64,000 bases of DNA from an uncultured Dialister sp. (GCA_900543455.1 UQRR01000002.1:7228-71227); one strand, 5' to 3'; positions 50,707 to 60,046 are shown, numbered from the stretch's first letter. The notes: a model not told the origin generated them from the letters alone. Translations and numbers: made by a program.

Positions 50707-51795
50707 ATGCCGGGACGATATAAAGAAGGGACGGTTCACTGGGAAGAATCACGGCAACGGTGGCGAGCCTTCGTCTCCGTGGATGGACGCCGCTATTCGA
50801 AGCGGTTTCTTAGCCGCGATGAGGCACTGGCGTGGACACAGAAGATGCGGCTCGCCGCGCATGATGGATCTTTCGTAGCACCCTCCGCCATTTCTCTGGG
50901 CGAATGGCTCATCAAATGGCTGGGAACATACAAGAAGCCCACGGTAAAGCCTTTGACTTATGAGCGCTATCTATTCACCGCAAACAAAGCGCTGCCGCTC
51001 GCTGGCATCTCTCTGCAGAAGCTGACGCCCACCATGCTTCAGGAGCTCTACAACGCCCTGACGCCCGACTGTGCCAAGAAGCTCCATGTGCTGCTCCATG
51101 GTGCCATTCAGAAGGCATGGGAGCTGGGAATGGTCAGAAAAAACGTGGTCACCTTCGTGAAGCCGCCCCGCGTCATCAGGCAGGAGAAAGGGATCTTTAC
51201 CAGCGAGGAGCTGAAGAAGATGATGGAGCTGGCGGAGTCAGATCCGAAGCTAAAGCCCTATGCACTCTTTCTGCTTGTGGCCATCAATACCGGTATGCGC
51301 CGAGGGGAGCTGCTCGGTCTTCGCTGGTGCGACGTCGACCTCGAAGAGCGCACCCTTTTCATCCGCCAGCAGGTGCAGACGCTTTCAGGTGGTACGCTCA
51401 TCATAGACACCCCGAAGACGGCCGCCGGAAGAAGAAAGATCTCGATCCCTCTGAAGGTGTACCAGAAACTCAAAGAAGCGAAAGCAGCGCTTCCCTCTAT
51501 AGACGAAGAAGAGCACAACCTCGTATTCCTAAACCGCGCCGGGACGCCTGTCCGTCCTGAAGCGATAGAAAAGATGTGGAAATACCTCATGTCCAAGTCC
51601 GGCCTGCCCTACAGGAATTTCCACTGCCTGCGGCATACCCACGCCACGCTGCTGCTGGCGAACGGCATCCCCATCATCGAAGTCTCTCGCCGGCTGGGGC
51701 ATAGCAGCGTGACACAGACGCTCGACATGTACGGCCATGCGATCCCCTGCTATGATAAAACCATCGCCGAGAAGATCGACGCCATTTATAATTAA
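50707..51795 (+). CDS. tyrosine-type phage integrase
   Basis: C-terminal catalytic region ...HCLRHTHATLLLANGIPIIEVSRRLGHSSVTQTLDMYGH. Adjacent to the tRNA and attR. Confidence 0.85.
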   Translation: MPGRYKEGTVHWEESRQRWRAFVSVDGRRYSKRFLSRDEALAWTQKMRLAAHDGSFVAPSAISLGEWLIKWLGTYKKPTVKPLTYERYLFTANKALPLAGISLQKLTPTMLQELYNALTPDCAKKLHVLLHGAIQKAWELGMVRKNVVTFVKPPRVIRQEKGIFTSEELKKMMELAESDPKLKPYALFLLVAINTGMRRGELLGLRWCDVDLEERTLFIRQQVQTLSGGTLIIDTPKTAAGRRKISIPLKVYQKLKEAKAALPSIDEEEHNLVFLNRAGTPVRPEAIEKMWKYLMSKSGLPYRNFHCLRHTHATLLLANGIPIIEVSRRLGHSSVTQTLDMYGHAIPCYDKTIAEKIDAIYN

Positions 51796-51913
51796 CCAAA
51801 CGAAAAGAGGCATCTCATCGCGAGATGCCTCTTTTCTAGTCGGCAAAGTCCTAACGGGGACCAACTGCGCCCAAATTGTGCGCCCACTCCATGTGCGCCC
51901 AAATGCGCTATTT

Positions 51914-51990
51914 TATTTTATCCGATACGATCGGAGAAATTCTGGTGCGTCTAGAGGGATTCGAACTCTCGACACCTGGTTCCGGAGACC
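51914..51990. repeat. attR: native tRNA-Arg 3' part plus flank matching attL
   Basis: Direct repeat of 17912-17989. Confidence 0.8.
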
Positions 51991-52018
51991 AGTGCTCTAT
52001 CCACTGAGCTATAGACGC
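51943..52018 (-). tRNA. tRNA-Arg (anticodon CCG)
   Basis: GCGTCTATAGCTCAGTGGATAGAGCACTGGTCTCCGGAACCAGGTGTCGAGAGTTCGAATCCCTCTAGACGCACCA folds as a cloverleaf with a 7-bp acceptor stem, anticodon loop CUCCGGA and TTCGAAT T-loop. Confidence 0.85.
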
Positions 52019-52137
52019 TTAACAAGCGTTATTATAGCATATGGAGCGAAAATAAGAAAGGGGAAAAGATGTCCCGCTTTTGCCCGGCAGGACGATACGA
52101 ACAGATCCCGCTCTCCTCCAGTACCTGATCCTTCAAA

Positions 52138-53238
52138 CTATTTTTCTACAAATACTCTCGGGATACGTTTCAGGTCGCACATGATTTCATGCGGGATGGT
52201 TTCAGCCGTAGCAGATACTTCATCGACGGTGATCTCTTCCTCGCCCTGCTTACCCATGAGGACGACTTCATCACCCGGGCGGACTTCGTCATCGCAGGCG
52301 ACCATGAACTGGTCCATGCAGATGCGGCCGACGATCGGGCAGCGCTTGCCATTGATGAGGACGACGCCCTTATTGGAAAGGCTTCTGTGCCAGCCGTCTG
52401 CATAGCCGATCGGGACGGTCGCCGTCTTCATATCCTCTTTGGCGACGTAGGTTCCGCCGTAGCCGATGGCTTCGCCCTTATGCAGGGTCTGGACATGGGT
52501 GACATGGCTCACGACGCTCATCGCATACTGGAGGTCGAGCTTGTTCGTCATGACGTCCGACGGCTGCGGCCCATAGATGATGATGCCCGGGCGGGCGAGG
52601 TTATGCCAGCTTCTCGGGATGTCGATGACGCCGGCGCTGTTGGCGGAGGAAATCACGAAGTTTTCATCGACCGGCATGTAGGAGATTGCTTCATCGAAGC
52701 GGTCGAGCTGCTTCAGTGCGGCATCCTTCTCCTTGTGATCCGCCGTTGCCATATGGGTGAAAGTACCATGTGCGTGAATGTGCGGATAGCCTGCGAGCTT
52801 TTTGAGGAGCGCAGGTACGTCCTTCGGATGGGTTCCGATACGGTTCATACCGGTATCGATCGGCAGCATGACTTCGATGGTTTTCTTCGAAACAGCCGCA
52901 ATGGCTTCCAAAGCGTCAAGATCGACGGTATCATCGATCGGCATGATGAGGTCTTTATTCACACCGATGGGCATATCTTCCGGCAGCGGCAGGCCGAGCA
53001 CGTAGATCGGGCAGGTGAATCCTGCGTCGCGGAGCTCCGCTCCTTCTTCCACGCGGGCAACAGCAGCAGCGACGTAGCCTTCCTCGAGGGCGATGCGCAG
53101 CGTTTCCTTCGCGCCATGTCCATAGGCATTCGCCTTCACGACAGCGAGCGCATTCACTTCCTTCGGCAGATGCGCGCGGATGACCTTGAGATTGTGACGA
53201 AGCGCATTCAGATTGATTTCCATGTAAGAAACCGGCAT
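52138..53238 (-). CDS. alr: alanine racemase
   Basis: PLP-lysine motif AVVKANAYGHG and C-terminal ...YGGTYVA. Start at MPVSYMEINL with RBS GGGAGGAAT; the frame is open to 53298. Confidence 0.85.
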   Translation of the reverse strand: MPVSYMEINLNALRHNLKVIRAHLPKEVNALAVVKANAYGHGAKETLRIALEEGYVAAAVARVEEGAELRDAGFTCPIYVLGLPLPEDMPIGVNKDLIMPIDDTVDLDALEAIAAVSKKTIEVMLPIDTGMNRIGTHPKDVPALLKKLAGYPHIHAHGTFTHMATADHKEKDAALKQLDRFDEAISYMPVDENFVISSANSAGVIDIPRSWHNLARPGIIIYGPQPSDVMTNKLDLQYAMSVVSHVTHVQTLHKGEAIGYGGTYVAKEDMKTATVPIGYADGWHRSLSNKGVVLINGKRCPIVGRICMDQFMVACDDEVRPGDEVVLMGKQGEEEITVDEVSATAETIPHEIMCDLKRIPRVFVEK

Positions 53239-53287
53239 TTGTATTCCTCCCATTCTTTTCTGCATCGGCAGAAATGAAAAGCACCGC

Positions 53288-53345
53288 GCCAAAAGCATCA
53301 GGCGATGCCTGATACTTTGAAGCCTCGGTGCTTCCTTTTATTTTT
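53288..53345 (-). terminator. intrinsic terminator after the DUF445 gene
   Basis: AAGCACCGAGG...CGGUGCUUUUCAUUU on the minus strand. Confidence 0.45.
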
Positions 53346-53391
53346 ATGCATCTATCATACCGCGATTGGGAAGAAATGGCAATGGGACCGA

Positions 53392-54645
53392 TTAAGAAAA
53401 CAAGCCTCCCACAAGCGGGATCCATGCCCATGTCAGGAAACTATAGAAAAGCAGCCCAGCGGCCAATCCCACGATAGCCCCATTAATACGAATACCTTCC
53501 AGCTCATGATGCACCTTCGACTCAATGAATTCATTCAATTCCTCTTCCCGAAAACTTTCCAGGACTTCTATCATAGACCATGATAAGAAACCATGTTCAT
53601 AGGTGATGATCTCTGCGATCAAATCTCTTCCGATAGTGTCCAGCTTCTGTCTAAATTCTGAGTCTTCTATAAAAGAAATACTTTGCTCTATAGCTGGTTT
53701 CAATTTTTCTGCCAAAGCCGGCACACCCCAATGGTCCTGAAAATCAGAAATCCCCTCGTCGATCCGTTTTTCCAAAGGGAAGGCCTCGAAGAGACCCCGC
53801 CCAAATTCCTGCAGCGCCTCCAACGTAGCCGGCTCTTGCAAGAAACGAGCCACCAAAAGGTCCCACTGTGACAAAAGCTCCTGATGAAACGGATTGTCCT
53901 TCTGTTTCCAGGCTTCCATTTCCTCGGCCAAAGCATCCAATGCCGCCTCAGCCAACTGGTCATAATCGATCGCGCCAAACCATTTCCCGAGCGTATAGCC
54001 GATAGATCCCAAGAAGCCTTTCTCTTCCCGGTCGCCTGCCTTTCTCAGCTGCTCTGCCAGTTTGTGTCGAAGGGATGGTTCCTCGATTTTCCGTTTTCCC
54101 TCCTCCAAAAGACGAAGAAGCCATTTTTCCCGATTCATCTCCTGCTGTAACCGCCCTTGCGCGAAAGAAATAAAAACAGGCAGCCATTTCTGCGATTCAC
54201 TCCGTCCCCAAGTGGCTATGTCTTCTCTATGGCTAGACAGAAATTCTACTGCATAGGTGGCTCCCTTCACTGCCAATGTTTGAGAAATAGATTCTCTGTG
54301 ACTGGTAAGCCATGGAAGACATAGATCCATCAAGGAAAGACGGGATATCTTTGCCAGCAAATTCTTCGGGCTCAAAAGGCTCTGATTCATTTCTACCACT
54401 TTTTGAATAATCCGATCCCGGTTGGCTGGAACGAGCGGCTTGATAGGGAGAAAATGTTTCCGAAAGAGTGCCTCTACGGCAATGAAATCTGCTGCGCATC
54501 CGATACAGCAGGACTGGGCCATGAAATAAACCAAGTCTGCCCAATACGTGCCCTGCCAGGGACTTCCCTCTTTGAGCCAAAGAGAAAATAGCAGAAAAAG
54601 CAGTGAAAAGAAACAAATCCCATTGGCCGTTTTATATCGTTTCAT
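53392..54645 (-). CDS. DUF445-family membrane-associated protein (paralog 1)
   Basis: 417 aa. N-terminal TM segment and C-terminal ...IRINGAIVGLAAG, the family signature. Confidence 0.65.
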   Translation of the reverse strand: MKRYKTANGICFFSLLFLLFSLWLKEGSPWQGTYWADLVYFMAQSCCIGCAADFIAVEALFRKHFLPIKPLVPANRDRIIQKVVEMNQSLLSPKNLLAKISRLSLMDLCLPWLTSHRESISQTLAVKGATYAVEFLSSHREDIATWGRSESQKWLPVFISFAQGRLQQEMNREKWLLRLLEEGKRKIEEPSLRHKLAEQLRKAGDREEKGFLGSIGYTLGKWFGAIDYDQLAEAALDALAEEMEAWKQKDNPFHQELLSQWDLLVARFLQEPATLEALQEFGRGLFEAFPLEKRIDEGISDFQDHWGVPALAEKLKPAIEQSISFIEDSEFRQKLDTIGRDLIAEIITYEHGFLSWSMIEVLESFREEELNEFIESKVHHELEGIRINGAIVGLAAGLLFYSFLTWAWIPLVGGLFS

Positions 54646-54722
54646 TTCTACGCCTCCTTATATTACGGTTGATGATTGATGGTCGTCAGTATGCATAAAA
54701 ATCCAAGAGTAAAATCTGACAA

Positions 54723-55961
54723 CTATTGCATCAGTGTTTCCCATAGGAGTGATACAGCAAAAAAGGCCGCTCCCAAGAAAGCTCCCCACAGAGAACCATT
54801 GATACGAATGGCCGCCACATCTTCAGATACAGATTTTTCTGCCAAGGATGCCATCGTCCGGCCATCATAACCAGCCAAAGCCTTCTCCACCACCGACGCC
54901 GCCATGCGATGCATCCATCCCACATGCGGCCGCACCAAACGTAAGAAGAAGGCATCGAAATCCCGCCGCTTCTCCTGAGCAGAAAGCTGTCCGTCCACCA
55001 AAGAAAGTAAAGCCTCTGCCAACCGATGCGCCAGTGGCTCTTTCTTTTCCTGCCACAAGGAAATGAACCAATTCCGCCCTTTCCCAGACAATAAGCGACG
55101 AATCAACTTCTGCGCAGCACCATTGACCTGCCGCTTCCAAACCTCATTGGTCTCTAGCTGGACGATCATTGCATCATAGGCCTCTCCCATCTTTTGGCGA
55201 AGCTCACTTTCCGGATCCGTCAAAGCCTCTGACAAGGACAACATCTTTTCCTGCACCTTTTTTACCATCTCTGCATCCCGATCCTCTACCGCATCCCGGA
55301 AGAGGGAATGAAGCCAGCCCTTATCATTATATTTCCGCCAAGCCAAAAGATAGACTCGCTGGATTTCTTCCTGCGTCACCTCAGCCTGCAGAAAGCCCTT
55401 CACCTCGGCCGCCAAAGCCTCCGTCAAAAGCTCCTTCTTCGGATAATCGCGGAATGCCGCCATCACCTTGGCCATATGCCCCGCCCAGTCTATGTCTGCC
55501 GCTTTTCTCTCGATCGCCTCACTGGACATCGTCCATAACGATTCCGCAGGAAATGCAGACAGCACGGTGTAAATCACATCCGCTGCTACTTTCTCCGTCA
55601 AATCCCGATGGTTCGTCAACCAACGAGCCACTACATCAGAAGGCACATGCTGCCGGAGGATCTCCGATAGCCGTCCCCTGGTCAGAAGCTCAGTCACTAC
55701 CATATCCTTCGCGATGGATACGATCATGTCTCGATTTCGAGCAATCAAATCGGTATGCCAAGAAATGCCAAGGGGCCTGCGAAATAAAGAAGTCACGCCG
55801 AACCAATCGGCAAAACCTCCTACCGCCGCCGCAAAAGACATATGAAACAACCCTGCGAGCCACGGGCTCTCCCCCTGAAACGGAGCTGCCCCTAAGGTAA
55901 GAACCACAGAGCTCGCCAGTATACCGTCAGCAAGCCATCTTTTTTTCAAAGAAATCACCAC
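54723..55961 (-). CDS. DUF445-family membrane-associated protein (paralog 2)
   Basis: 412 aa. ...AAIRINGSLWGAFLGAAFFAV at the C-terminus. Tandem duplicate of the preceding gene. Confidence 0.65.
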   Translation of the reverse strand: MVISLKKRWLADGILASSVVLTLGAAPFQGESPWLAGLFHMSFAAAVGGFADWFGVTSLFRRPLGISWHTDLIARNRDMIVSIAKDMVVTELLTRGRLSEILRQHVPSDVVARWLTNHRDLTEKVAADVIYTVLSAFPAESLWTMSSEAIERKAADIDWAGHMAKVMAAFRDYPKKELLTEALAAEVKGFLQAEVTQEEIQRVYLLAWRKYNDKGWLHSLFRDAVEDRDAEMVKKVQEKMLSLSEALTDPESELRQKMGEAYDAMIVQLETNEVWKRQVNGAAQKLIRRLLSGKGRNWFISLWQEKKEPLAHRLAEALLSLVDGQLSAQEKRRDFDAFFLRLVRPHVGWMHRMAASVVEKALAGYDGRTMASLAEKSVSEDVAAIRINGSLWGAFLGAAFFAVSLLWETLMQ

Positions 55962-56065
55962 CTCCGATTAGGGAAACGCTGAATAAATCACAGAATCAGA
56001 TTTCCCTAGTATGCAGTATACACCGATGCATATATTATTGTTCATTGTTTGCACCTAACAACCAG

Positions 56066-56428
56066 TTACCACTTATCGATCCATTTTTCCAGTTCATCCA
56101 AGGAATCAATGATAGAATCACAAGCCTTTTCCGTGACCGTATAGGCTTTATCTATCGCATCCACCAAGGTATCTGCCGTTTCCGCCAATTTCATCACAGC
56201 AGCTTCCTGCTCCTCTGCTGGCAGCTGCTCTATTTCCTGATCCACATACTCTCCCACCTTGTCTAATAATTGATCCAACATGGATGGCTCTTCCTCTGCC
56301 TGTTTCTCTTCCACCATCTTAGCATAAAACTGCTCTGCCCACTGTTGTAATGCTTGACTCGCCATACCATTCGCATCATCCCTGTTTCCAAATGGAATCT
56401 CAGGAAAATTGTTTCCATTGTCACTCAT
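56066..56428 (-). CDS. small acidic protein (120 aa) carrying its own conserved promoter/terminator cassette
   Basis: pI is very low (E/D-rich). RBS AAGGAGGAGA. No family recognised. Confidence 0.45.
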   Translation of the reverse strand: MSDNGNNFPEIPFGNRDDANGMASQALQQWAEQFYAKMVEEKQAEEEPSMLDQLLDKVGEYVDQEIEQLPAEEQEAAVMKLAETADTLVDAIDKAYTVTEKACDSIIDSLDELEKWIDKW

Positions 56429-56454
56429 CTTATCTCCTCCTTATGAAATACTTT

Positions 56455-56640
56455 TTAGCTGCCTGATCATCAGCTTTTCTTCTAGTATATCCAAGAGGTT
56501 GGACAAGAAATGGGTATGAGACATATTTCTTTGAAAAATTTTGATGAAATAAAAAATGTTGCTAAACATCCGGCACACACCAAACATTCAACAACATTTT
56601 CTGTTATAACCCATAGTGATTAAATATTTCCCCATAAAAT
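56455..56640 (-). promoter_or_regulatory. cassette regulatory module copy 1: terminator hairpin plus conserved promoter/5'UTR block
   Basis: Shares cATACCCATTcTTGTCCA..GGTATACTgGAAGAAAAGCTGAT...CAGCTA.AAA..TATTT..AAGGAGGAGA with 57480-57655 and 59222-59404. Confidence 0.55.
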
Positions 56641-56641
56641 T

Positions 56642-57247
56642 TTATGATAAAGCATCATATTTTTTATGCCTATATAGCTCTATTTTTTTGATGCCACTCC
56701 TCTCATTCCAAATTTTAGTTTTTGCCAAAACCGTAAATTGCATCTGCTTCTGACTATAATCATATGTACCTTCAGGAAAGATAGAATTGACATAATACCT
56801 AGTATGATTTTGTACGAAAAAAGAAAATAGAATTAACTCATTCTCTATGTGACCCTTTGCCAAATAATTTGCCATAATTTTAGTGGCAAAAGATACTTTC
56901 CTTCTATCATACAAAAAGAATTGCGTTTGGTTACTATCCAATACTTTTTCAAAAATGCACAAAGCATGCAACCGCTCTTCAACTTTATAAAAATTCTGAT
57001 CCTTAGAAAAAGACGACACAGAAATTGTTCCACGCAGAATATGGTCTAATACCCACTTACTGGTCTGCTGCTGAAACGGATATCGTTGTTTCAATTTATG
57101 TAACCCAGCCAGATGATAAAAATTATCTGCCCTAAAAGCAATTTCAATGGTATGGGCTTTCCCTTTTCTCCCTAAAACCACCTGATATTCAACGGTCATT
57201 AATTCTTGATACGCCCTAGCCGCTAATTGCAAAATATCAGCTTCCAT
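56642..57247 (-). CDS. 201-aa hypothetical protein; possibly a PBECR-type (barnase/EndoU/RelE-like) nuclease, from weak recollection only
   Basis: ORF with a ~230-nt structured leader. Motif ...DNFYHLAGLHKL. The family assignment is uncertain. Confidence 0.4.
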   Translation of the reverse strand: MEADILQLAARAYQELMTVEYQVVLGRKGKAHTIEIAFRADNFYHLAGLHKLKQRYPFQQQTSKWVLDHILRGTISVSSFSKDQNFYKVEERLHALCIFEKVLDSNQTQFFLYDRRKVSFATKIMANYLAKGHIENELILFSFFVQNHTRYYVNSIFPEGTYDYSQKQMQFTVLAKTKIWNERSGIKKIELYRHKKYDALS

Positions 57248-57479
57248 AAAATAACCTCACTAAAACAAAATGGACGCTACTGAGAAAATAGCGTCCATTT
57301 TGCAATTCGCTATTTTTTATGTCTGCACATGACATGCATAAGTCAGGTTGAGGTATAAATAGCTAAACCCTACACAAGGCTACGCTGAGTCCCGCTTCCT
57401 GACACGCTTCTCAGCATCAACACCCATACTGACACACTCTGTTGCCAGTTCTCTACGTATAGAATATTCTATTTTCTCT

Positions 57480-57655
57480 ATTTTGTCAAAGCTTTTCTTC
57501 CCTCTAAAAAATAATTTTTCAGCTATCTGTATATCAACTTTCAGTATATGGTAGCAGATTAGACAAGGAATGGGTATGGGAAATATTTCTTTGCATAGTT
57601 TTATTGAAATAAAAAATGTTGGTTGTTAGCCGCGAGGTGCTAACAACCAACATTC
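57480..57655 (-). promoter_or_regulatory. cassette regulatory module copy 2 (Sel1 gene terminator 57615-57653 plus promoter TTGACA-17-TATTCT)
   Basis: Hairpin aatgttggttgttagc/gctaacaaccaacatt followed by a U-tract on the minus strand. Confidence 0.55.
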
Positions 57656-57728
57656 CATCTACAAATACAACCTACGGCTATAGAAACTGCGGTCAAAATA
57701 TATTCTCACAAGACAAGTTTTCCTATTG

Positions 57729-59207
57729 TTACCCTTCTTCTATTTCTTTCAGCAGGGCCTGTAAATGCTCTTCGGCCTCCTCTTCTTCATCACCATGGCA
57801 ATCAACCACCTTCTGATACCATTCGATAGCTTTTTCACGATTTGCCTGAACGCCTGCGCCATATTCATAAGACTGAGCCAAGAAATACATCGCGTCTTCA
57901 GAACCTTCTTCGGCTCCTTTGCTGTACCATTCAAAAGCTTTTTCCGCCTGTTCCTGTCTGTCATACATCATCGCAATGAGTAAAGCAGCATCTCCTACCG
58001 CCGTTCCATGCTGTGCATAAGCCGTCTGGTACCACTCCATTGCCTTAGCCTGGTCCTCAGAAGATGCATCATCTCCATCATAGCAGAGGCCAATGTCTAT
58101 CATAGCTTCATCGTACCCTTCATTGGCACTCTTCTTTGTCCATTCCCACTTCTTTTCATCATTCTCTTCATCAGAATAAATCCCAGCTAATTGATAGGCT
58201 GCATCGCCCGCTATCATTCCATGAAGGTTGTAAGCTTTTTCGTACCACTCCATTGCTTTTTTCAGATCTTTAGACACACCTCCTCCATTGCGATAGCGAT
58301 TAGCCAAAGAACGCATGCACCAATCTAATCCTTCTTCTGCCCCTCTACGATCCCAAGCAAAAGCGGTTTCCCAATTTCCCTGTTCATCATATATGCATCC
58401 TAAGCGAAAAGCAGCATGTCCAGCCACTTCTCCATGACATTCATAGGCTTTCTGGTACCATTCTATAGCCTTATCTTGATTTTCAGTGACACCTTTTCCA
58501 TTCTCATAGCACTCAGCTACATAATACATAGGCCAGCCATATCCTTCTGCTGCCCACTTAGCACTCTGCTGGAATTTTTTATCATAATCTCCCAGCTCCT
58601 CATAAAGCAGACCGAGGCTTTCTACAGCATCCGATACATGATCTCCTTGCATTTGAGCCAGAACATCATACCAATAAATGGCTTTATACAAATCCTTACC
58701 AATATTTGTCTCGCCCCAATATGCATACGCCAAGTCATTGACCCCACGCCAATACCCAGCTTCTGCCGCCTTTTGAAACCAATGCTCTGCCTCTTTGGCT
58801 ACATCCAAATGACTCAAAGAAGCATCGGTGAGATGATCCAAATTGGTCAAAGCATCACCTAATTCATCTTGTGCCGCCACATCTCCTGCTTGTGCCAAAG
58901 GAAATACCTTGGGAATGACAGCCTGCACTACATCTTCCTGAATGGTTTCTTCCTCATAAGCCAAATTCAGCTGACACAGCACTTCGCCTTTTTCTGCTCC
59001 TTCATGATGATACTGGAAACCTAATTTTTCATCGACTGGAAGACCTGCAAATCCCCAGCGATGATATTCGCCCAAGAAATATAATGTTCTGGGATTCCCC
59101 TCCTTTGCCAATTCCTGAAATAGCGGATAAGCCTCCGTAACATGATCTCGTACAAAGAGAGATACCGCGGTGTTTAATTTTTCATTTCCCGTTAAAGATA
59201 TTGACAT
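57729..59207 (-). CDS. Sel1-like repeat (SLR/TPR-like) protein
   Basis: 492 aa with about 10 repeats of ...A.EWY.KAA.QG...A...LG..Y..G.GV..D...A.EWY.KAA. Confidence 0.75.
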   Translation of the reverse strand: MSISLTGNEKLNTAVSLFVRDHVTEAYPLFQELAKEGNPRTLYFLGEYHRWGFAGLPVDEKLGFQYHHEGAEKGEVLCQLNLAYEEETIQEDVVQAVIPKVFPLAQAGDVAAQDELGDALTNLDHLTDASLSHLDVAKEAEHWFQKAAEAGYWRGVNDLAYAYWGETNIGKDLYKAIYWYDVLAQMQGDHVSDAVESLGLLYEELGDYDKKFQQSAKWAAEGYGWPMYYVAECYENGKGVTENQDKAIEWYQKAYECHGEVAGHAAFRLGCIYDEQGNWETAFAWDRRGAEEGLDWCMRSLANRYRNGGGVSKDLKKAMEWYEKAYNLHGMIAGDAAYQLAGIYSDEENDEKKWEWTKKSANEGYDEAMIDIGLCYDGDDASSEDQAKAMEWYQTAYAQHGTAVGDAALLIAMMYDRQEQAEKAFEWYSKGAEEGSEDAMYFLAQSYEYGAGVQANREKAIEWYQKVVDCHGDEEEEAEEHLQALLKEIEEG

Positions 59208-59221
59208 ACTATTTTTGGGGG

Positions 59222-59404
59222 GTGCTCATGATATTCTCCTCCTTCGAAAATACATTTCTAGCTGCTTTGTATATCAGCTTTTCTTCCAGTATACCAATGA
59301 GAATGGACAAAGAATGGGTATGGAAAATATTTATTAAAATTATATGAAGTCATCAAAAACATGTTGCTGAGTATCTGTCCTAAGCTGAATACTCAACAAC
59401 ATTT
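59222..59404 (-). promoter_or_regulatory. cassette regulatory module copy 3 (terminator hairpin 59360-59404 plus conserved promoter/5'UTR with a 6-codon uORF)
   Basis: atgttgctgagtat...atactcaacaacat hairpin. The 5'UTR reads GAAGGAGGAGAATATCATGAGCACCCCCCAAAAATAGTATG, where the uORF stop overlaps the Sel1 start. Confidence 0.55.
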
Positions 59405-59431
59405 TACTAATAAATAATCAAATGCTATATA

Positions 59432-60046
59432 TTACCATTTTTTCAGTGGATTTTCTCTAGCCCCATTGCAGATATCCTTGAAATAGGCGTCACGACTTCG
59501 TTGTTTTTCGGTCAGTGGTATGGAAGCAACCGTTGTTGATTCTGGTACCTCTTGAGAGTTCCTAATTTCCTTGATGGTATCCTTCTTTTCAGGAAATGCC
59601 GATTCAGGCGTCAATAGCCCCTCCAAGTTTCCTGACAATTCTGCGGGGCTTAGGATATACTGATCCCCTGCCGAATTATCCATCGGGAATCCCACTTTGA
59701 GGCAAATTCCTTCATCCAGTTCCTTACCCTGCCAAATCCAATGGGCTGCACCTGAAGCATACCTTTGACAAAAATCACGAAGCTCTTCATAACTAAAGGA
59801 AAGAGCCTCTTTGACTTCTGGAAAAGCAATAGATTCCTCTTGGTCGGAAAGCACAAGAATCCCCAATGTACTAGTACTGGCATCCACCTGTAAATATCTA
59901 AAGATTTCCTTAAAGCTCCGGTCAGACCAAGGCGTTTCTGTTTCTCCTTCTAATCGAATTGGTTTCCAGTTTCCATTTTTCCCTTCTCGAAAGTAAGCAC
60001 GAAACCTCTCACCTTTTTTCAAAATACCAATATACCACGTTGTCAT
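59432..60046 (-). CDS. 204-aa hypothetical protein, translationally coupled to the upstream membrane protein gene
   Basis: RBS AAAAGGAG 9 nt before the ATG. Starts 15 nt after the stop of 60061-60777. Confidence 0.45.
   Translation of the reverse strand: MTTWYIGILKKGERFRAYFREGKNGNWKPIRLEGETETPWSDRSFKEIFRYLQVDASTSTLGILVLSDQEESIAFPEVKEALSFSYEELRDFCQRYASGAAHWIWQGKELDEGICLKVGFPMDNSAGDQYILSPAELSGNLEGLLTPESAFPEKKDTIKEIRNSQEVPESTTVASIPLTEKQRSRDAYFKDICNGARENPLKKW

Larger units (their letters stand above)
17912..51990. mobile_element. integrated siphovirus-like prophage (~34 kb) in tRNA-Arg(CCG), bounded by attL and attR
   Basis: 78-bp direct repeats at 17912-17989 and 51914-51990 with 2 mismatches. 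The integrase lies at the tRNA-proximal end. Lysis, tail, head, packaging, replication and lysogeny modules lie between the repeats. Confidence 0.85.

Noticed and set aside
17912-51990. Integrative conjugative element rather than prophage
   Set aside because: The content is full virion structural, packaging and lysis modules. There are no relaxase or type IV secretion genes.
57300-57470. TPP riboswitch (contains UGCUGAGA)
   Set aside because: Lacks the ACCC...GAACCUGAUC...GGUUAAUACC and other conserved TPP blocks. Retained only as an unclassified leader.
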